DNA of 64,000 nt from Phoronis australis. Taxonomy: Eukaryota > Animalia > Phoronida. Positions 53,866 through 64,000 of this stretch are shown piece after piece (positions within the stretch are counted from its first letter, which is position 1; the number at the start of each line of letters is the position of its first letter). A program made the translations under genes and the position numbers. The stretch spans positions 146,042 through 210,041 of the forward strand of contig NMRA01000153.1 of the NCBI GenBank assembly GCA_002633005.1, in the 5' to 3' direction. The notes below the pieces were generated by a model. That model did no database searches. It had not been told where the DNA came from and was given only the letters and a program-made list of their open reading frames with translations.

Positions 53866-54629
53866 ATAATAAGATCCTGCGGGTTATTTAAGAAATCTGA
53901 TAGTTTGTGCAAGACTTGGAATTTTCCTCTTTTTTAAAAGGATTTCCTCTTGTTTGATTTCCAATTTCTTCTTTTTGGCTCTTTATCATTATTTTGACTT
54001 GATTCATGCAAAAATGTTTATTTCAGTTAAATTTTACGACACAAAATATGTATCTTTCACACAAGCCCATTTATTTGTGGAGCGATACATCACCCGGGAG
54101 ATTTTCCTCTTTTTTGTCATTGGTCATTCCAAGCCTTGTTGGTATGTTAAATATACTATTATCTTGAATGGGTTTACGCTCGAGCTTCTGAAAAATTATG
54201 AAAAATATTCCAGTCATCAGCTGTGAAACCGAACTCAAAGGGAGAGGGGTAGCCAATATTAGAAATATCTGTGGGCATTGTTGAAAATTTATGTATTAAT
54301 ATTTCAAAAATATTGATTGTTAACTCAATTAAAAAGAATGGAATGCTCTTGTTTTTCCTGCATTTAACCTGATGTAACAGTATGGTTTGGAATACAAAAG
54401 GACAAAAATGTGTCAGTGCTACTGACATATAATCAATGTTATCTTTTTTGAAGAGCTTGTGTCTTCCACCATTTTTTAAACACAGTCTATTCTAAAGTCC
54501 CAGTTTGCTGATTCATTGTTACACCATGTTGAGGAGATACAACTCTTGGCCTTGTCATTGTTAATTCTAAGTCATTGCTAAAACTTCACTGCAAGATAAT
54601 ATGAGATGCACGTGCGGCACAGAGGTCTG

Positions 54630-55030
54630 TGCTGGGTTGCATGAAACAGTCCCAAATAGGGACTCGACTAAGTTGCCTAAATCTTTGACCTATCTGTGTC
54701 TTTGTTAACTCTCAGATGGAATCTTTTTCTACCATTTCATCTTTAATATGACCTCCTCATCCTGAGCCCTGAATTCAATGAAAACAAATAGGGACTTAGT
54801 CCTTAAGTTAGGAGTGTTGCATGAAAAGATCCCCAAATAGTTTCATTAATAATGCCAATTCAGTGTTGAGTTCACTCTCAATTTTTTTATCAAAGTCAAA
54901 AGTTGACTACATAATGAAACTAAAATAGCAGAAGAAATGACAATCGGTGTTTTCACAAGTCCACAAATATGCAGTAGATTTAGGGAACTTAGTTGAGTCC
55001 CTATTTGGGACTCTTTCATGCCACCGGGCA
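54630..55030. mobile_element. PIF/Harbinger-type MITE
   Basis: ~55-bp TIRs (...GCATGAAA.AGTCCCAAATAGGGACTC.ACTAAGTT.CCTAAATCT) with CTG TSD. Confidence 0.8.
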
Positions 55031-58000
55031 CTGATGAGTAATATGAGTGTAGATACTGATGAGGGATACATGTGTTTCTTTTTCCTGTTTTTGCTGTAGC
55101 TTAACCTTGCTTTGTCTCTGCTGCAAGCCAGAATTAACTATATCTCAACTGTTGACATGGACATTGCGAAGCACGCTTTTTACTGTAATTTTCTACCTAT
55201 TTAACTCACATTCATGTATAGCTGTCAAGAGATTTTTTGTTCAATGTCTCAAGAAAATTAAATATAAAATTTTGTCCAATTATTGGCTTGGTTTTTACAA
55301 TGTAGATATTTAAAACAAAATTTTTCTCAGCGAGTTGTGCGCCCATATTTCTTGTTAAATAGCCTCAAAATCGTGCCCAATGCAATCTTAGAAGGGTTGG
55401 CCTTCCTGTTGAGTTGGCGACATTTCGACATTGCTTTTTATTTGCCAATGCCCTCGTCAGTTTGAGAGAGGAATAACTTTTCTGTCAGGAAATGGAAAAT
55501 TTGCGTCGCTCAGTAACCCAGTTTAGAATTTGTGTTTTAGAGCAGCTTTAAGGGATAATTTTCCTTTAATTTTCTTAAGGAAAATATTAAAAAGTCTGAC
55601 TCCTAAAAGTGCTTTCATAATCTTAGACAACTTGGTTCTTACAAAATTGTGAAGTGGACCAAAGTCTGGAGGGTACTGTATGCTGTCTGGTGTGGGAAGC
55701 TACAGAAAGTTCCACTGATAAACCTGTTTGATCTATTCACTGGTATTGTCAGGGGGTTATTAACCCATTCATGGATTTACCTGAGCAGGGTTGCCTGTGT
55801 GGATTAGTACCTGCTGGGATAAATTAGCCTCAGTCTAGGTGTTGGCACTGCACATTTCATGCTACTAAGCACTGGGTAATTGATTATCTTACACTTCAAC
55901 AGCTCTGCTTAATGATGGTTGGCTTTAATAATGGGCCAATGAAACTTACTGTAATGAGGCTTAGAATTACATGTCAACTCAGTCATAGCTCATTGTTGTA
56001 GCTTGCCTGTGTTTTCTTGGAGTTTTCACAAGGTTATTAAGGACTTTGGAAAAATTGACCAATTTTGGCCAACTTCAGAACATGATATCTCAGATACAGC
56101 TGGTTGAAGCCTTCAGATACTATAATTTATGCACTGTTCTTTAAAATGTTTGTGGGCATTAGGGGCTATAAAGAAATAGGACTTTAAGGATTTTATGAAA
56201 GAACTAAAAAGTTGCATAAAACCAAAATTTTACAGCATTTTAGAAATCCATTACGGCATTTTTGAAATTTCATCTGGACATTTATTTCAAATAAAATTTG
56301 GTCGTGTTAGGGATACCAGTGTTTTACTTAGATTATATTCCTTGTGTTAAGTTTTACTAAATAGACATGGTGAGATGAATCGGGTAATGTATTACTGGTG
56401 TTAAGTAGAAAATGCTATGTTGAAGGGCTTTCTACTTTCTGAATATGTGTTCTTTTACTTAATTAAAATTGCTGATATTGTCTATATACACACACTTGTT
56501 GATAAGGTCCAAAGAATGTTGATATACTCAATTTTGTTGTTTTTTGATAAAGCTACTGTTTCTCACAACAATTGTTCATTAAAACAAATAAAACAAAGTA
56601 AAACAAAAGGAATCTGTGAGACTCCTGGTAACGACAATTTTACCTTTTCTTGATCTCTGTCTCACAACAAACTGGGCCAAATTTTTGTAATTTCGCGAGA
56701 ACAGCAGTCGATTATTAATGTTGTTACTGTTAATGTTGATCTGTATTATTATTGTTACTTCCGTGTGGCGTCTCAGTTTTATCATTTTGAAATGTCTAAA
56801 TTTGTTATTTCATGGGTCTTGTTTTATTTGCTCACTGTACATATTTATGCTCGAATTTATTGTATTTTATATTTCACCTAATATGTATCATATAATTAAA
56901 TGTTGTTTTTGTTCGAGATAAAAATTGTTCCTGTTGTGACATTTCTTTTTGGCCCAGCAAACATAATAAATCTTAAATAAACAAATAAAAAAATAGTTAC
57001 AAAATTTAGTAGTCAACAGTGAGGACTATTTGCTGTTGTGAACATCATATACTTCTTTATTTGACTAGTCATCTATTGTCTGTGAATCTGTTGTGATATT
57101 GAAGCCTTTTCTGTTTGTTTAATGGTATCTTCATATGGCTTCACCATGTTACTTACAATGTAGATATGTTGGGCCTTAATAAGTCTTGGCATCACCCAGT
57201 TACATACAGTGGATGGAAATTTGTATGTTTGTTACACGAGTTAAATCTTGGCTTCATCTAGACTTACACTAGAGGACAATTAGTGTGTTATGTTATAGGT
57301 AAATCTTAATTTAATATGGATATCTAACATGTATTTTTCTTTACAAAAGCATTTTCATGATTTCAAACAGGTGATTTCTCCTGCTTGTTTGGTAAAGTTG
57401 TGGATACAACCCCCAAGTTTCTAACAAAATAATTTCAGCATGCATGAGCTGTTTCCCTATTCAGTGTCATCATAAGGTGCTGTATCCCAATTTCTGATTT
57501 AACTATGCATGGTTACCCATAGGGGATTAGTTCCTACTGTGATAACTGGCCAACAGATTAGGTCCTCAGGGGAGCATTTGATGTTGTGAACTATGGATTA
57601 ATTGTCTGTCACTTAAAGAAAGTTGGTTTACTGAATGCTGGCCTTTGAAGCAATAAATTAACCAGTGTGGAATATAATTTTGATTTTATTCTTCTGTGGA
57701 TGGGGTAAAATCTCTAGTCTGGGGCAGTCCCTAAAATTTGGGACACCGAAAATCAAGCCGTAATTGAATCTCATTGATTCTGAAAATTGGGACATAGTAA
57801 ATTTTTCAGTTTTCTCAAATATTACACACACGCTTTGTGTCAATAAAATTTGGTAATTGACTGCAGGTCACAAAATTGTTGAAAATAGTAGCCAATGTCA
57901 CATATTCCTGGATCCCCATATAGTGTGTAACAACATCCAGTTGGATGATTGTGTGTCGGCGAGTGTAATTCTTGGAAAAGATGATATTGGCTATTTCTAA

Positions 58001-58714
58001 AATTTGGAAACTGCTCGACCTTAAGCCAAATAGGAAATTTTTGACTGTACCGACTCACTCTGTACGAAAAATAAAGAAAGTGACATTTCAATGCATGTTA
58101 AATAAAAAGTCTTCCTTTTTTGTTTGAGTCATACCTGTTGCCCGCTCACTTATTTCACATAGCAGTAAGTGAAAAAATAACATCAGGTTTCTATTTTTCA
58201 AAGACAGATTGCTCAGCGCGAACCAAGCCAGTAATAAAATAACATTTTCTTAATGTTTTAGTTTTGTTGGAATTTGATAAAAGAGATTTTCCGCTTATCT
58301 GCCATATTGTATGCTAAACATATGAAGAATTATCATATCAATAATTGAAAATAAAACTGATATCCTGTAAAACTCATGCATAATGAAATCACAATTTGGC
58401 AGTGAATTGACTGTTTATGTTTTTTGTGAACAGTGTGTTTTCTCTAAGCTAAGGACAATGTCTTGATGAGCCTGGCTGGTGACCGACAGACGGAAGCAGG
58501 CGACTTGTTCTAACCCATGCCTCGATTGTGTCCCTGTCCTTACGATTCTTAACCAGATTGAACAACAGTTAGTCGGTTCCCACTTGTTTTTTCTCCCGTT
58601 TTGTGTTCGTACTGAGAACTGCCTTGGTGTGACATGGCAATTGAAGCACGGGTTACTGAAAAGAGATTGACAACAAACTGATAGAATGAAATTGATATTT
58701 TTTATTTTTCGATT

Positions 58715-58828
58715 ACCGTAATTCTTCACTTATTTTAAAGGCTGAATACTTTGCTTCAAATGATAATTTTGACAAAATAAAATTTCACCCCTACCATATT
58801 GTGGGCTAAGTAGCTGAAGAATTACGGT
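58715..58828. mobile_element. Very short (114 bp) pogo/Tigger-like MITE
   Basis: Perfect 14-bp TIR ACCGTAATTCTTCA / TGAAGAATTACGGT; same family as 4277-4527. Confidence 0.65.
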
Positions 58829-59248
58829 TTCTGTACGTTGTTTCAAATAATCAAACTTTTGTTTGAGTTTGCTTTATGTCCAGAATGAGTTCAAAGTAAG
58901 ATAAAATAAGAATGAGCCAGTTTATTCATCTAAAAAGTAACACCTATGAGTGCCATTTCTATAACAGTGTTAACCATAGAAAACAGAAAGCGTTGATTTG
59001 CCCTATTTCATGACTCAGTTTTCTATGATGCGTCGTAAAATTAAATCAACAATTGACATTCGCCCTCTTCTGAAGCCTGATGTCCCGAATTGATGCCTGT
59101 ACTGTATTACAAAAACAGCGATGACATTAACTAAGAACTACACAGTTCAGAACATTCACTTTACTACTTTCAGGAAGTGCTTTGATATGCACAAGTTGTT
59201 TATATAAATGACATTGCCATTAAATGAAGTTCATTATATAAATTGCAG

Positions 59249-59394
59249 GAGTCGATACCCTTTGCGGTGGTTGGCTCGAACCAAATCATTGAGGTTAAAG
59301 GTCGTAAGGTGCGAGGTCGCATGTACCCTTGGGGTGTGGTTGAGGTTGAGAACCCTGACCACTGTGACTTCATCAAGCTGAGGACGATGCTGAT
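59249..59394 (+). CDS. SEPTIN2: Septin coding exon 8, septin unique element
   Basis: TTGCAG acceptor, GTAAGT donor, 146 nt; [48 protein letters not shown](I). Confidence 0.95.
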
Positions 59395-60673
59395 GTAAGT
59401 ATGATATGTCGACAGCTGTCTTCATCGGACCACTTGTGTAAAACCTGTAATGTAGTTGTGTACAACATTAATACTATAGCACCAAATCAAATGTATTTCC
59501 ATGTTCAAATTTTGTTCCACAGCTCCCTCTGCAGACAAAAGTTTTGAAAAGTTGTGGGCATTCGCAGTGATGTTAGAGGTCCTTGAAAATGAAATGTGTC
59601 TTTGGCAATTGTTTTTGTACAGAATCGGTGAGATTTACCGTACTCTTGTTATGTCAGTGGGAGCTTGAAATCCATGAGGTGCCGCAAATAAAGTTAGAGA
59701 AATGCCTGCATTCAGGAAAGAACATGGGTCCCTTATCACACAACACCCCTGTGGTGATGAACTACTTTCTGATCTCAATCTATTCATCAGATGTCAAGTA
59801 AAGGGACGTTGGTGAATATAGAGTCACCCATTGTACATTTGACCTTGAACTTGGCAGTGTAAGAGACATTCATTAATCTTGAAGGCTCTGACACACCAAT
59901 CTTTTTCTCAGAACGTGTGCAAGCCCATCATAATAGTTTGATGAAATGGGTTGGAGACGGGCAAAAATGTCCAACTTTGCCCAAAAGCTTGCCTCAAGTA
60001 GCGCATGGTTTTTATTCTGAGATTGAACTGCACTTAGTTGGTTGCAACTATGTTCACAAGATTGTGCTGAGAACTACCTTGGTGTGACGGGGACCCTAAG
60101 TGGTTTCACCATCTAGCATCACTGTAAAACCTCCCCACTTTAAGACCCGATGTGGCCTACAGCTGAATTTTTTTTCGTTTTTTTGTTGTAAAATATATCG
60201 GCAAATGAATACTTAACTGTGTTCAAATTTTTTGTGAAGTCTACAATGATGCTAGAAAATGTTTGAAAAACTAATGGGCACTCAAGACAATGTAAGAAGA
60301 CCTTGAACTATGAGAAAGTGGTAGTTTTGGCAATTATATTTGTCCGAAATTGGTTACGTTTAACTGTATTTTTTGTGGTTATGATCGCATAACCTGTACA
60401 ATTAGCGGAAAATTTTGTTTCTAATTCCTTGTTCCACTCTGCTGATTTCAATGATTATATTCAGTAGTTATAATTTACTTCTTGCATTGAATTCTGCGCA
60501 TGTTGACTTAATTGAAACAAAGTAAAAAGTTTGAAGGTAATTTTACAAGCTGTTAGCGTAGTCGGAAATTAAAAAAGGCTTCTGTCGTAGAATGTTTTAA
60601 ACCAGTAGTGAACCACTCAAAGTTGAACTTTCCTGTTTAGTTGCAGTGCCACCTGATGGTGTTACAATATTAA

Positions 60674-62186
60674 CCCTCTTGCTGCCAGAGCCCATGGTGA
60701 CCCACATAACCTCCAGTGCCAGGCATTATAAAGCACCTTCTAGTGGCCATGTTACGAACTACTAACTTGTGCTTTAATTAATCATTTTTCAAGTGATGAT
60801 CATTATTTTTCAAGTTACCATTGATACTGTGAGTAGAGCATAGATTTATCTTGTTGAGTACATTTCAGTTATCTAAAACATATTTGTTTTTTCAGAGTAG
60901 GGGCCTTGGAATCAAAAGACCCGTGGATAAAAATCTAAACATGCGTGTATTTTGGTGACAAAAATCAATTTATATGCTTCATTAACTATTTTACAAGGTC
61001 TTAACTTGTTTTTCTTACGATTCAGAAAGTATCTGTGGACCTGGACAAGAACTAACAATTTTTTTCTAGGTTTAACACCAATAAACGATATTGATAAAAT
61101 CAAGGTCTAATTGAAGAAAATCATTGAACTCTCAGTCTCTCACATACTTTTACATGTTTATTATTTGAAAAACTGAATCAACAAATTCATTTTATGAACA
61201 TATATACATGTTTACAAAATTAACAAGAAGTTAGAGTATAAGAATAAACAAGTTATTTTAATAAAGTAACTGATTTAGACACAAGTAACAAGTTCAGTCC
61301 TTTTTTCACAAGTGTTCAGTTCAGTCCTTATTACTCAACATTGTTTACAAAATGTAACAAACCATTGATCAACAGAAACTTATTTTGTGACATAACTAAT
61401 AAAACAAAATCGTTTGAAATATCGTGGAAGTGTTCTAATGATAATGTACAAATGGTTTTCACAAGTCCGATAGATATTTGAAAGGCCGTCACAGCACGGA
61501 TATCGTCCGGTGACACGGGAGCCCAGCCTTGCAAACACGAGTGTCACGATAACGGCTGGCTTTTCGCGAGTATTGATCCGCGAAAATGTTCGTCTGGGTG
61601 CAAATCATCCTCATAAAATCCTTATTGAAGAAAAGTTTGAAGTAGTTAACAGGTTTAGTACCCACTAAAATCACGCGAATCCCTGGATCTTCAGTGAACT
61701 CAGACACTACGATCGAACAGGTAAGTTACTTGTGTCAGCCACCCATTCCTCGGGTAAAACGTCGCCACCGTTCTCAAGAACGGCATCCAAGTCAGCGTCC
61801 CTCATAAATCTTCTGAAGTAAAGCCTTCATACTCCTTGTCTCTATCAAAATCGTTCGTAAAAATCGTATAAACCGCATCTAAATAACTATCGTCAAACTC
61901 GTTCGCCATGTTTACTATCTCAATACGCGTGGTTTTTAACTCGCGAATCACGTGCGCTTTGACATCGTTGGAAGCCAAATTTTTCACTGAATGCTTAGTA
62001 AAACTAAATTTGATTGGCTTAGCCACATTTTCTTGTGGGTGTGCCTTCAAAACCGACGCCAATTGGCTAAAATCTGAAGGGTACCTTGAGGCTGTTTTCT
62101 GGGTCACATGGTCGCAAATATGCGACTACGGCACTGGCAAGGGATAAAGTTGTTGTCGCAGAATTGCGACCACGGCAGTAAGAGGG
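60674..62186 (-). mobile_element. Internally deleted piggyBac element
   Basis: TTAA TSDs; TIR CCCTCTTGCTGCC / GGCAGTAAGAGGG; subterminal GTCGCA...TGCGAC repeats; transposase fragments on the minus strand. Confidence 0.9.
61331..61909 (-). pseudogene. piggyBac transposase N-terminal remnant (DDE_Tnp_1_7 / PGBD4-like), frameshifted
   Basis: Acidic N-terminus (MANEFDDSY...EYEGFTSEDL), then PVNYFKLFFNKDFMRMICTQTNIFADQY, WAPVSPDDIRA...IGLVK and VMSQNKFLLINGLLHFVNN in different frames; DDD catalytic region absent. Confidence 0.85.
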
Positions 62187-62452
62187 TTAACATGAAGAGT
62201 CAGTTAGTTGTCCACAGAAAACAAAAGCGATATCATTTTGTTCTTTTACTCCACGGGTACTAAGGATTCATGCGAGACATTTTAATTTAGGCCATATCCT
62301 TATAGGTGAAGTGTAGGACTATGTGCCTATATTTGAGACAAATCGGTAAACATTTTCTTTGAAAATACGCGTTATCATGAATTCAACTGAATGGGTCTAA
62401 ATACATGAATACACTGTTGTATAATATTGTGCTCTATGTTATTGAAATTCAG

Positions 62453-62578
62453 CACGCACATGCAAGATCTGCAGGAGGTCACTCAAGAGATCCACTATGA
62501 GAACTTCCGCTCAGACAAACTGGCTGGTGGTGCTGGCGGCGGCGGCGGCGGCGGTGGTGGCGCCACTCGCAAGGCAGG
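62453..62578 (+). CDS. SEPTIN2: Septin coding exon 9; the coiled-coil exons lie beyond the window
   Basis: TTCAG acceptor; [41 protein letters not shown](G); probable donor GTGGGT at 62579 (phase 2). Confidence 0.9.
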
Positions 62579-64000
62579 GTGGGTACCATTCTGTGTGACT
62601 CATTGTGTAGTGTATGTGCAGTAATATAGAGGTCTCTGCCGCTGTGTTGTCTGTGATAGGCTAATCCGTGGTGTCAGATAACCATGTGAAATTGTTACCA
62701 TAGCTTGATGTTTCATCTGCAGCCAGCTTATATATACTTTTCAATTTTAATTCTGCTGTTTTGCAATACTTTCCGTGTTCACTTGGTTAATTTCCATGCT
62801 GCGGTGGTACTATAGTACTTAATGCTTCAAATCTGTTATTTGTATTAATATACGCTGTTACATTTCTGCTTGAATGCACTTGAAGTTCTGTTCATAAGTA
62901 ATGCACGACCCAACTGTTTTGAACACACTATTTCACTCACCAATGCTTCCAAACGGCCACACACCTGCGTCACATACCTTGATGGTCTGCTGACTGACTC
63001 AAAGTGCATGAAGTACACAGCTTTTCAATCCACCCTGTAAGTGCTTTTTCGCTTGGAGCTCTTGTTGCTGATGCCAAGTCAAACTGATGTAAAGGATATT
63101 TCAAAGAAAGTTGTTTCCCACCTTTGCAGTAATGTGTAATCAAATTCTGCCGTTGGTTATTGGCCCAATGCTTTCTTCTTCTTTTGGTGTTAATTTTGAT
63201 TATTTGAGATTTCTATTTCTGCTTTTTATTTAATCTTTTTAACTGATGGTAATTGAGAGTCTTGGAAGCTAGGCGACAGTTTATACATTGTGACAATCAA
63301 AGCTCTGCCCTCTCTAATGGTTTTGTTTTGTTTTCTTTTTCCCACCCTGTACTGCGCTGAATTCTAAAATAATTTGGTAAGCTCTTTTTAATTTTGTCTT
63401 TTTCCTTATTGGTGATGTTTGAGTAGCGTTTGTTGTACTTAATATTAATTTGTGAATGGATTTTAAGTATGTTAATACTTCAATTATTTTGCACACAAAT
63501 GATTGACAAAGTTGACATTTTTCTATTTTTCAAAACCTAATTATCTTGCTGCAAACCTGTTTTATGGTATCTTTACTGCACAAACAAAGTTACTAAAATC
63601 TCGTGATCTTCATTTTTGTTTGTACAATTTCACAAAATAGATAATTTCACGTCTGTCATTTTGTGTGCTAAATAAGGTGAAGACTTACAGCCCTAGGGAG
63701 TCATTCAACTGAAAGAGTGTCTCTGCTTGTTACAGCAAAAAGTCCAAATGTCTACCATTCTGTTTTTCTACAAACCAAACAAAGTCTAATCACCAGTTTC
63801 TGCTGCGTATGTCTGCTCGGCATTTATTCAAATTTAAATTGCTTTTGCGGTACACATGGACCCAGTGTCCTGTGGAACTATTGTTCAGAAAGAACCATTA
63901 CATTTTTACCAGTTCTGCAATGAGTCTTTTCTGAGAGAAAAAGAAAGGCGGATTTTTGTCCCGGTGTCCTTGGCGTCGCCTCTCACTGTACAGTGTAAGT

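Noticed and set aside
23581-55050. Other CTGATGA hits (e.g. 23581, 45268 reverse, 50968, 55031) as hammerheads
   Set aside because: No stem II followed by GAAA.

Overview
AT-rich, intron-rich animal genomic DNA; the repeat types suggest a marine invertebrate, probably a lophotrochozoan (inference). Two protein-coding genes sit head to head. On +, a SEPT2-group septin: nine coding exons from 12444 to 62578, continuing beyond the window, with introns of 21.3 kb and 14.8 kb. On -, a secreted or membrane CUB-domain gene: a signal-peptide exon plus two CUB exons, 9290 to 2997. The introns are packed with non-autonomous DNA transposons: Helentron/HINE, Tc1-mariner/pogo, PIF-Harbinger, ISL2EU-like, hAT-like with 5-6 bp TSDs, piggyBac and foldback MITEs. 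There are also tandem repeats, one assembly gap and a Penelope-type minimal hammerhead ribozyme. The most unusual items are a hairpin-like block repeated five times at about 2 kb spacing in one septin intron, a THAP ORF split by an insert that is the interior of a neighbouring transposon with new ends, a duplicated exon 3' end and a poly-Gly insertion in the septin. Most ORFs in the supplied track are spurious. All calls were made by eye; no database searches were run.
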